A stretch of 12,022 nucleotides of DNA from an uncultured Chloroflexia bacterium (GTDB lineage Bacteria; Chloroflexota; Ktedonobacteria; Ktedonobacterales; JADMIN01): contig CAVRAI010000008.1 in the NCBI GenBank assembly GCA_963718915.1, forward strand, positions 1-12,022, in the 5' to 3' direction. The notes under the pieces are model-generated. The model ran no database searches. It was not told the DNA's origin and saw nothing but the letters and a program-made list of their open reading frames with translations. Shown in pieces: positions 1-7,190 of this stretch. Both the position numbers and the translations under genes were made by a program. How positions within the stretch are numbered: position 1 is the first letter of the stretch; each line of letters opens with the position of its first letter.

Positions 1-6
1 CTGGAG

Positions 7-975
7 ATGGCTGCAATGTTGATACGTCCACTGGATACATCGCGTGATTTTCCGGCCCTTGCGGCGCTGCTGGCCGTGCGCGATCCTGAGCCGCCGACGC
101 CAGAACTTTTGCGAGAGTGGGAGGGTAACGCGCCCGAGGGACTATTGCGGCAGCGGCTCGTCGCCTTCGATAAGCTGAGCGATGTGGACGCGGAGGCGAT
201 GATTGGATTCAGTGATGCAGTGAGTTGGCCATGGGAGCCGCCGCATCAGTTCTGGATTTCAACCGTCGTCGCGCCAAACCATCGGCGGCAGGGTCTGGGC
301 GCGCGACTGGCCGAGGCCGCGATGACCTTTGCGCGCGAGCAGGGGGCGACACGTCTGGTAGCCGAGGTGCGCGACAACGTTGCCGACGGCCTGCGCTTTG
401 CCGAGCGCTACGTATTTCGCAGAGATCGCCACATCTTCGAGTCACGGCTGCATCTGGCCGACTTCGATGAGCAGTGGTTCGCGGGCGCGGTAACGCGCGT
501 GGAGGCCGAAGGTATCCGCTTCCTCTCACTGGCAGATCTTGGCGATACCGATGAGGTGCGGCGCAAACTATATGACCTCAACGCCGCATTGGCGCGAGAT
601 AGCCCTGGACGTGACGGCGATTTTTTCCCTTTCGAGCAGTTCCAGAAAACGGTCTGTAGCGCGTCGTGGTACCGTCCTGATGGGCAGATTGTCGCGGTGA
701 CAGGCGATTCCTGGATCGGCATGGCGGCAGTCGGCTACTTCGCGAACACCAACTCGATGTATAACATGTTCACTGGCGTTGAACCCATCTGGCGCGGCAG
801 GGGAATCGCCTTGGCGCTCAAGCTGCTGGCTATCGCGTGCGCGCGCCGCTATGGCGCTGGCTACATCAGCACTAACAACGACTCGGAAAATGCGCCGATG
901 CTGGCGATCAACCGCACACTCGGCTACCAGCCAGAGCCAGGCTACTACCGGATGATCCGCGAGCCAGCAATCTGA
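7..975 (+). CDS. GNAT family N-acetyltransferase with two tandem GNAT domains (MshD-like architecture)
   Basis: 322-aa ORF. It has two acetyl-CoA-binding motif-A-like segments, 'HRRQGLGARLAEAAM' in the N-terminal half and 'WRGRGIALALKLLAIACA' in the C-terminal half. The first ATG is at 7. An alternative ATG at 16 (MLIRPLD...) has GGAG (3-6) 9 nt upstream and may be the true start. The internal and antisense ORFs are high-GC shadows. Confidence 0.85.
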   Translation: MAAMLIRPLDTSRDFPALAALLAVRDPEPPTPELLREWEGNAPEGLLRQRLVAFDKLSDVDAEAMIGFSDAVSWPWEPPHQFWISTVVAPNHRRQGLGARLAEAAMTFAREQGATRLVAEVRDNVADGLRFAERYVFRRDRHIFESRLHLADFDEQWFAGAVTRVEAEGIRFLSLADLGDTDEVRRKLYDLNAALARDSPGRDGDFFPFEQFQKTVCSASWYRPDGQIVAVTGDSWIGMAAVGYFANTNSMYNMFTGVEPIWRGRGIALALKLLAIACARRYGAGYISTNNDSENAPMLAINRTLGYQPEPGYYRMIREPAI

Positions 976-984
976 AATCCTACC

Positions 985-1019
985 TTCACGATGTTAGCGA
1001 ATGTGCTATGCTCCATTCG
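985..1019 (+). promoter_or_regulatory. Candidate sigma70-type promoter plus palindromic operator for the toxin-antitoxin operon
   Basis: TTCACG (985-990), a 16-nt spacer, then TATGCT (1007-1012). A 6-bp inverted repeat, CGAATG (998-1003) and CATTCG (1014-1019), brackets the -10 element. The site lies 35-70 nt upstream of the antitoxin ATG. This is motif-level evidence only. Confidence 0.25.
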
Positions 1020-1053
1020 AGCAAGCTTATCCAGTGAAGGGAGCAATACAACG

Positions 1054-1314
1054 ATGGCTGAGGCGACGCTTGATCCAGAGGCAATTCTGCGAACAATACG
1101 GACCTGGCCACGTGCGCAACAAGAGCAGTTGGCACAGGCGATTTTGCATGCGCTTGGGAGCGAGAATGAGCAAGACGATCCAACGATTGATCCCTTGACA
1201 GGTCGTCCTTACGTCTCCTCTCAGGATCTGCGTGGCCTTCTTGCCACTCCTGGACGACCAGCTCCAACCGACGAGGATATTGAGCGCCTCCGGATGGAGA
1301 AGTATGGCTACTAG
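1054..1314 (+). CDS. Small acidic antitoxin-like protein, the putative partner of the downstream PIN toxin
   Basis: 86 aa starting at ATG 1054, with GAAGGGAG (1036-1043) 10 nt upstream. The ORF-track start at 991 has no RBS. The stop TAG (1312-1314) overlaps the PIN start ATG (1304) within ATGGCTACTAG. The N-terminal helix 'LDPEAILRTIRTWPRAQQEQLAQAILHAL' and the tail 'PAPTDEDIERLRMEKYGY' resemble small addiction-module components found next to PIN genes. I recognise no RHH, AbrB or Phd motif. Confidence 0.7.
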   Translation: MAEATLDPEAILRTIRTWPRAQQEQLAQAILHALGSENEQDDPTIDPLTGRPYVSSQDLRGLLATPGRPAPTDEDIERLRMEKYGY

Positions 1315-1741
1315 TCCGACGAGGTTGCGAGTACTACTGGATACTAATGTTGTGCTCGACTGGCTCTTTGAACGCAAACCATGGTCTGATGAGGCTCGAC
1401 CTCTCTGGGATGCGCGTGCCGCTGGACAACTTGTGATGTATATGCCAGCATCAGCGTTGACTGATATCTTCTATATTGGTCGGCGACTCACCAATATTCC
1501 CGAAGCCTTTGCCGCGCTAGATCGCATCTTTACGGCATTCAACGTTGTCCCTGTCAATTCGCGAATCCTACGGAAAGCCCGCGCTTTGCCGGGCAATGAC
1601 TTCGAGGACAATGTGCAGATTGCGTGTGCGCAAGCCGCCCATCTCGATCTTATCGTGACCAGAAATGCCCACGATTTTGTACATTCTCCAGTGCGAGCCA
1701 TTGAGCCACCGACTATCACCAGATATCTCCCCCAACCATGA
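1304..1741 (+). CDS. PIN domain ribonuclease, type II toxin-antitoxin system VapC-like toxin
   Basis: 145 aa from ATG 1304. The ORF-track start at 1232 is a GTG inside the antitoxin gene. PIN signature segments are 'RVLLDTNVVLDWL', 'ALTDIFY', 'DFEDNVQIACA' and 'LIVTRNAHDF'. The size and the translational coupling to an upstream small gene are typical of VapBC-like modules. Confidence 0.88.
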   Translation: MATSPTRLRVLLDTNVVLDWLFERKPWSDEARPLWDARAAGQLVMYMPASALTDIFYIGRRLTNIPEAFAALDRIFTAFNVVPVNSRILRKARALPGNDFEDNVQIACAQAAHLDLIVTRNAHDFVHSPVRAIEPPTITRYLPQP

Positions 1742-1793
1742 ATACAAGGCCGCGGCTCATGAGGACGCCTTCAGGAGCGGAGGATTGAGCGCT

Positions 1794-2450
1794 ATGACGA
1801 ACGAGCCAGACAATCTCGCCGACACACGCGCCACCTATGATCGCGTGGCCGAGGAATATGCGGCGCGTATCGCGGGGGAGCTGGCGGGCAAGCCACTGGA
1901 TCGCGCGCTACTGGCATGCTTTGTCGAGCAGGTTGGCGGGCTGGGCATTATCGCGGATATTGGCTGCGGCCCAGGGCATGTCGCCGCCTATTTGCATGAA
2001 TTGGGCGCGCAGGTCGTTGGGATTGACCTTTCGCCGGAGATGGTGGCAATCGCCCGGCAACGTTCGCCGGAGATCCCTTTCGAGCAGGGGTCGATGCTCG
2101 CGTTGGCGACGCCCGATGCGTCGTGGGGTGGCATTGTGGCGCTGTATTCGATCATTCATCTGCCACCGGGGGGCCGCCCGCGGGCGCTGGCGGAGTTCCA
2201 CCGTGCGCTGCGTCCAGGCGGGCTGCTCTTGCTGGCCTTTCATATCGGCGACGAGCAGCGCCATGTGGAGGAGTGGTGGGGGGAGGAGGTCTCGCTGGAT
2301 ACCTGGTTCCTCCAGCCGCGCGAGATCGAGTCGCTGCTGCGAGACGCGGCGTTTACCATCGAGATGTCGCTGGTGCGGCAGCCGTACGCGCCGGATGTCG
2401 AGCATCAGAGCCAGCGGGCGTATATCCTCGCGCGCAAATTGGCGGAGTAA
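1794..2450 (+). CDS. Class I SAM-dependent methyltransferase
   Basis: 218 aa from ATG 1794, with AGGAGCGGAGG (1773-1783) upstream. The ORF-track start at 1665 would overlap the PIN gene. Motif I is 'IADIGCGPGHVAAYL', the acidic-loop motif is 'VVGIDLSPEMV', and 'LRPGGLLLLAF' follows them. Confidence 0.9.
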   Translation: MTNEPDNLADTRATYDRVAEEYAARIAGELAGKPLDRALLACFVEQVGGLGIIADIGCGPGHVAAYLHELGAQVVGIDLSPEMVAIARQRSPEIPFEQGSMLALATPDASWGGIVALYSIIHLPPGGRPRALAEFHRALRPGGLLLLAFHIGDEQRHVEEWWGEEVSLDTWFLQPREIESLLRDAAFTIEMSLVRQPYAPDVEHQSQRAYILARKLAE

Positions 2451-2480
2451 TCCTCAGTCTCCGTGCTGGCGCCGCCTGGA

Positions 2481-3267
2481 CTATCCCGCACTCGGTGTTA
2501 CCAGTTCGCTTGAAACGACGGTTATCACGGCGGGCAATGACCCAGACTTGAGATAGGCAGCCACCTGTCGCGCCGAGGCCTCGTCTCCACCCGTGATCTG
2601 GCCCGCGCCATCAATCTCGCTCTGGATGGTCGCCGATTCTACGACGATATCATCGACCGCAATAGTCAGATATTGGCCGATGCGCGACGCGGTGTAAGAA
2701 GCGAATTGTTGCCTGGCTGATCCCGCGAACGCAAATTGCACAACCCACTGGCCGCTCTGGTTGTCTAGCTCTGCGGCTACCTGATTGCGATCAATCTGGT
2801 CCCCTGTGAATGCGATATGGTATTGCCCTGCCTCACAGGGGCCGACGCAAGTCTTGCCTGTTGTGCTTGCGCCGACCGGCAGGAAGTCTGATCCTGTGTC
2901 GAGAATTGCGACCGCGCCGCTGCTGGTCAGCAACGAGGTGATGTCGGCGATCTGCGGGCTGCCCGTGATACCTGGTAACTCGACAATGATCTGCGTTGAG
3001 CCGTCGGCACGGACAACGGGGTCGTGAACGTCAGAATCTCCCCGCGAGTCGTCGGGTGAGCACGCCCATCGCCGCATCGCGCTCTTTCGCCAGAGTGCAG
3101 GCGGGCGCTTCCGGAAGACACGCCGTGCTCAAGGTAAGTCGGACGCCGCCATCTTGCCCAAGCGAGTGCTGAGGCGTGACAGACTGCCGCAGTCCAATAG
3201 GCGAACAGGCTGTGAGAAGCAGAGCGGCAACGAGTACAAAAGAGTGGCCAACCCAGTGCTTTGGCAT
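2481..3267 (-). pseudogene. Lipoprotein made of a SecD-like periplasmic P1 (base+head) domain only, interrupted by a 1-nt frameshift
   Basis: Two ORFs, 3031..3267 and 2481..3077, are in frames offset by +1. The total of 787 nt is not a multiple of 3. The start ATG at 3267 has GAGAGG 9 nt upstream. The lipoprotein signal is 'MPKHWVGHSFVLVAALLLTAC'. Joined at the G4 run (3040-3043), the protein reads '...MGVLTRRLAG|DSDVHDPVVRADGSTQIIVELPGITG...' and ends '...QITGGDEASARQVAAYLKSGSLPAVITVVSSELVTPSAG'. These segments match, from memory, SecD '...[31 protein letters not shown]...' and '...RITG..[32 protein letters not shown]'. No transmembrane core follows. Confidence 0.7.
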
Positions 3268-3447
3268 TGATGGAAACCTCTCAACCTCGAATATGAGCAT
3301 TCTGACACGTTACGCCAGCCCATCGATTGAGGGCAGGCCGTGGCGATTGGGAGTCTCCATAGCCTTTGGTACATGTTGCGCGCAGCCGCACAGGGCAATC
3401 CCGGAACGGCTACGCACTCATGTGACCTCACATGCCCATCCCGGACA

Positions 3448-4698
3448 TTATGGCAGGCTCACAGGCATATTGCCTGGAGTAATTGCCGAAGAGCCGGTGG
3501 CGTGCGCGCCAGCGCCTAGCGGGAATTGCGCGATGATATCCGACGGGTCGATGTACTGAAGCGTACTGGCGTAGAAGGCCTGGCTGTCCGCGCGCCATGC
3601 CGGGCGGGAGAAGCCGTTCGGCGAGTCGTAGAAGCGCGTAGCGCCGCCAGTCATCGGGCCAGAGGCGACGTTGGGCGCTGGATCGGCGCTCGTGACAGCA
3701 ACCTGCGAGCCATCGGGCGAAATCGCCAGATAGGCCGGATCGTTTGACGTGAGGGTCGGCAGGATACTCACCGCGCTACTGCCATCCGCGTTGGCGGAGT
3801 ACCAGTGCGAGGACTGGGTCAGATCGCTGCCGCCACCAGTGACGGTTGATGCAAGCGATTGGTAGGCGATATGCGCGCCATCGGCTGAGACATCCCAGCC
3901 GCCATAGAAAATCTCGCCCTCGGCGCCTCCCCAGGTTCCCGCTGTCCCAATAGTGATGGGCGCGCCAATGGCGGCGTGCGAGGCCAGATCATAGCGGTGA
4001 ATCAGCTCAGGAACGACTGGACTGGCAGGTACGCTGATGCCCGTGTAGGTCATGTAGAACAGCGTCGAACAACGGACGACCCCTTCGATAGCGCCATCCG
4101 TGCCGGAAAGCGTGGTAAGGGTATTTGTCGTCAGGTCGTAGCTTTGCGCTGGAGAACTGGCCCCAGTAAAGATAATCAGCGTGTGATCATCCGCCCAGGC
4201 AAAGAGGCGTTGCGGCTGATCTGACTGCGCATTCGTGATGGGATGCGCCAGCGGGACTTTCGTCACCGCGTGGGTGCTGGTATCGACGATATAGGGGTTG
4301 AATTCGACCGAAAAGGGAACGTACTGTGTGATTGCCACGGCGAGATGATGCGCGTCAGGGGCGGCAGCAATGAGGGTCGGCGTCGGAGCATTGCCAACCG
4401 CGTTCTCATCCTGGATTCCCAGCGGATAGACAAAGTTACTGAGCGTTGCCGTTGCGGCGCTGGCGGGAATGCGACCGAGAACCTGTTTCGCCTGAACCCA
4501 GACCAGCGCGCTACCGGTCGCAGCGGTTGCGCAGGGGATAGGTGTCGCGGTTGGGACAGCGGCGCTACCAGGTGAAGTTGTCGAGCCGATGCTGCACGCA
4601 AACAATGGGAGCGCACTACACCCTAACAGAATGACCAATCGGATGAGACCACGCCTGTGCCTTCTCAATACATTCTCCTCTCGCCGCGGCCTGTGCAT
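3448..4698 (-). CDS. Secreted lipoprotein with a TolB/PD40-like beta-propeller repeat region
   Basis: The signal peptide 'RRHRRGLIRLVILLGCSALPLFAC' has a lipobox-like LFAC. Repeated beta-propeller blade motifs include 'APDAHHLAVAI', 'WDVSADGAHIAYQS', 'SANADGSSAVSI' and 'AISPDGSQVAVTS'. The start is uncertain. ATG 4698 has no RBS, whereas in-frame TTG 4668 has GAGGAG (4675-4680) 6 nt upstream. The ORF-track start at 4857 adds a non-signal-like extension. Confidence 0.75.
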   Translation of the reverse strand: MHRPRREENVLRRHRRGLIRLVILLGCSALPLFACSIGSTTSPGSAAVPTATPIPCATAATGSALVWVQAKQVLGRIPASAATATLSNFVYPLGIQDENAVGNAPTPTLIAAAPDAHHLAVAITQYVPFSVEFNPYIVDTSTHAVTKVPLAHPITNAQSDQPQRLFAWADDHTLIIFTGASSPAQSYDLTTNTLTTLSGTDGAIEGVVRCSTLFYMTYTGISVPASPVVPELIHRYDLASHAAIGAPITIGTAGTWGGAEGEIFYGGWDVSADGAHIAYQSLASTVTGGGSDLTQSSHWYSANADGSSAVSILPTLTSNDPAYLAISPDGSQVAVTSADPAPNVASGPMTGGATRFYDSPNGFSRPAWRADSQAFYASTLQYIDPSDIIAQFPLGAGAHATGSSAITPGNMPVSLP

Positions 4699-5129
4699 CG
4701 CTAACCCAGACGGCAGGCCCAGCGCACTACTCGCATTCACGCAAACACGACGATGGAACACAGTTGCCGCGTGGTGGAAAAGTTTGGCGAAGACAGAGAA
4801 GATGCCAACGAGGCGCCAAGCAAGCACGGCACTGTGACAGCGAGTATAGGGGTTCAAGCGAATGAAATCAAGTGGCCTCTAACACAAAGTGATCCTTGAC
4901 ACAATCGGTGGCGCATAGCTGGGAACACTGACATGCCGAAATGATGTGAGGATGTCTGGAGGCGGATGAGGAGCGAAAGAGGAGCGCACTGCTGATGCGC
5001 CAGCCGTTCAGGTATGTGTGGCGTGTATGTTGATCGCTGCCAGCACGTTGGGTTGAGCTTGAGGCGATTGCTCCGCCCAACCCAATATGCTGTTGTCATG
5101 GCATCATGGCGATATTTCCGTCAGGAATG

Positions 5130-6071
5130 TCATGGGAGAATCTGCGCGCTGACGCCTGTCGGGGTAGCGCCATTGGATGTATTGACAGCGCTGACGTCAT
5201 CCGTAGCGTGCTGCGCCGCGTTCGTGTGCTCGATGAACGGCCGGAGCAGGTTGGTAAACTCTGCTGGCACCACCAATTTGGTGGATGGCGATGCGCCGAG
5301 CGCTTTGAGCGCATCCAGGTATTGTAGGCTCATCGTCTGATTGTCGATGTGGCTCGCGACCGAAGATATCTGCGCCAGCGCCTGGGAAAATCCTTCGGCG
5401 CGCAGGATGGACGCCTGGCGCGCGCCCTCGGCTTCGAGAATCGCGGCCTGCTTTTGACCATCAGCAACCCGCACCGCGGCATCGCGCTTGCCATCCGCCT
5501 CAAGGATGATGGCTCGGCGGCTGCGCTCGGCGGACATCTGTCGGGTCATCGCCTCCTGAATCTCGTGCGGCGGCGTGATCTCGCGGATCTCGACGGCCGT
5601 TACCTTGATGCCCCAACGTTCGGTGACCTCATCGAGTTTGCCGCGCAGGGTGGCATTGATATCCTCGCGGCGGGAGAGCACCGAATCGAGCAGCATATCG
5701 CCGACAACCGCGCGCAATGTGGTGATCGCGATGCCGCGCGAGGCATTTTCATACTGTTGAACATTGACGACGCTCGCGGCGGGGTCCACAATCTTGGAGT
5801 AGATCAGAAAATCGATGGCCAGCGTGGCGTTGTCCTGGGTGATGCAGGCCTGTGGGGTCACGTCGAAGACGCGCTCGCGCAGGTCGGTGCGAATGCCACG
5901 ATCGACGACCGGAATGAGTAGCACCAGACCCGGACCGCGCGCGCCCATGAGACGCCCAAGCCGCAGCACAACCAGGCGCTGGTACTCCGGCACGACGCGA
6001 ATCGCCATCGCGATAAGAACTACACCCAGGAGAATGACGAGAACGGCGATCACAAATGCTACTGCCGACAT
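5130..6071 (-). CDS. SPFH/band-7 domain protein (stomatin-like, slipin family)
   Basis: 313 aa. It has an N-terminal membrane anchor '[21 protein letters not shown]' followed by '[16 protein letters not shown]...[12 protein letters not shown]', '[20 protein letters not shown]' and '[42 protein letters not shown]', which are typical stomatin segments. GGAGGAGG lies 7 nt upstream of the ATG. The gene is immediately downstream of an NfeD gene, the classic operon arrangement. Confidence 0.93.
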   Translation of the reverse strand: [313 protein letters not shown]

Positions 6072-6122
6072 GGCGGCGCCTCCTCCACGAAAACGAGCGA
6101 CTTACAAGCCATGGATGTGATA

Positions 6123-6803
6123 CTAGAGCAGCGATTCATCGGGCAGACTCCACTCATAGGGCCGGTGCACGCGGAGCGTTATTCCTTCGACCGCGAGCAC
6201 TTCCACCAACTCGCCTGCCTTAATCGGCCCAACCTCCGCGATGGCGCTCCAATCCTCGCCGCCAACGCGCACGGCGCCGCGCGGCGCCAGGTCTGTGGTG
6301 GCCACACCCTCCTTCCCGAGCAATGCCTCGCTCCCGCTCCTGCTCGGAAGATGACGCGTACGTAGCACGGCGCGCACGACGACGAGGATATAGCTGCTCA
6401 CCGCCAGCGTGCCGAGGCCAATGAGCCACGGACTGATGGCCCTGTCAGGCGTTGCGGGCGCTGGACTCGCAAACGGTGTGAAGAGGAGCAGTGATCCAGC
6501 GACAAAGGCGATGACACCACCCAGCGCGATCAGGCCAAACTGTGGCGAATGAGCCTCAGCGACGAAGAGTCCGGCGGCGAGGACCAGGAGCGCCACACCT
6601 ATCCAGTTGACACCCAGCATGCTAAAGCCCAGCAGCGCCAGCGCCAGCGCGATCCCACCGATAATACCTGGAAAGAGCGTCCCTGGGTGATGGAGCTCGC
6701 CGACCAGGCCAACGATCCCCAGGATGAAGAGGAGATATGCCACGTTGGGATCCGCCAGCACCGAAAGAAAAGGGCCTGGAATCGATGAAAACGTCATCGG
6801 CAT
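6123..6803 (-). CDS. NfeD family membrane protein (membrane domain plus C-terminal OB fold, no ClpP-like protease domain)
   Basis: 226 aa. The 'LADPNVAYLLFILGIVGLVGELHHPG' motif is followed by several hydrophobic helices. The C-terminal soluble segment is 'GKEGVATTDLAPRGAVRVGGEDWSAIAEVGPIKAGELVEVLAVEGITLRVHR', an NfeD OB-fold signature. The gene ends 51 nt upstream of the stomatin gene on the same strand. Confidence 0.9.
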   Translation of the reverse strand: MPMTFSSIPGPFLSVLADPNVAYLLFILGIVGLVGELHHPGTLFPGIIGGIALALALLGFSMLGVNWIGVALLVLAAGLFVAEAHSPQFGLIALGGVIAFVAGSLLLFTPFASPAPATPDRAISPWLIGLGTLAVSSYILVVVRAVLRTRHLPSRSGSEALLGKEGVATTDLAPRGAVRVGGEDWSAIAEVGPIKAGELVEVLAVEGITLRVHRPYEWSLPDESLL

Positions 6804-7109
6804 CGCTCGCCTCGCAATCCAGCTCTCGCGTTCGCTCAGACTAATGTGTCCGTCAGGTAGTGAGGCGCCTATGAGCTATCGAGCAACAACCAGCGTCCTA
6901 CGTGACTGTCACCTGCCGGAGCGAATACTCCCTCTGATGGAACGGTCTATGAAACGTCCTACCAATACGTAGTATACGTCTGTTCAAAGACTTCAAGGCA
7001 CACTCGGATCGCACGATGAAGATGAAAGGAGGAGAGGCAGACTCTTCTTTATGTAAATACGAAGCCCTGTAACAGTGCGTTGCAACGGGCATCTCTGGCC
7101 TTGTCAGAA

Positions 7110-7176
7110 AGCGCCAGGTGAAAGGGCGCTGCGGCGTCTGCCACCGATCTCATAAAGATAGCTGGGCGTCGCGCCC
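7110..7176 (-). terminator. Two GC-rich hairpins downstream of the GS-family gene, a candidate intrinsic terminator
   Basis: On the - strand, GGGCG-cga-CGCCC (7164-7176) lies 15 nt after the stop and is followed by agctatcTTTAT. AGCGCC-ctttcacct-GGCGCT (7110-7130) is followed by TTCT. The U-tracts are weak. Confidence 0.3.
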
Positions 7177-7190
7177 TCTATCACCGCTGC

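Noticed and set aside
209-722. ORFs 209..529(-), 225..470(+) and 408..722(-) inside the GNAT gene
   Set aside because: They are Arg/Ala/Pro-rich shadow ORFs typical of alternative frames in high-GC coding DNA. They have no RBS and no motifs, and they lie wholly inside a well-supported gene.
1837-2556. ORFs 1837..2556(+), 1908..2405(-) and 2123..2551(+) overlapping the methyltransferase gene
   Set aside because: Their composition is Arg/Trp/Ser-rich and low in complexity, and they are off-frame relative to clear SAM-MTase motifs. They are high-GC frame shadows.
3419-3434. Perfect palindrome CATGTGA-cc-TCACATG just downstream of the beta-propeller gene stop
   Set aside because: It is too short, and its loop is too tight for a terminator. 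There is no U-tract and no second copy in a promoter context. It could be a protein-binding site but nothing supports that.
4699-4857. 53-aa N-terminal extension of the beta-propeller lipoprotein ORF (track start at 4857)
   Set aside because: The extension precedes a textbook positively charged n-region, hydrophobic core and lipobox, and it would bury that signal peptide. The downstream starts are better supported (ATG 4698, or TTG 4668 with GAGGAG).
4968-4986. Direct repeat GAGGAGCG-aaa-GAGGAGCG in the gap between the stomatin and lipoprotein genes
   Set aside because: It is a short purine-rich repeat on the non-coding strand relative to both neighbours. I could identify no associated ORF or promoter geometry.
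5041-5092. Extended imperfect palindrome (CAGCA..TTGGGTTG...CAACCCAA..TGCTG) downstream of the stomatin stop
   Set aside because: I considered it as an intrinsic terminator. The loop is 22 nt, and no U-tract follows on the - strand. The evidence is insufficient to call it.
5349-5921. 190-aa + strand ORF, and smaller ones, antisense to the stomatin gene
   Set aside because: The - strand frame carries unmistakable SPFH motifs. The antisense ORF has no RBS and no recognisable domain.
6804-6878. In-frame translation upstream of the NfeD start ('LIGASLPDGHISLSERESWIARRA') as a possible remnant of a long-form NfeD protease-linker region
   Set aside because: The resemblance to the 'L-x-DG-x-x-V-x-L' linker is only vague. 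Stops lie immediately upstream in all frames, and no ClpP-like motif is found anywhere in 6804-7190.
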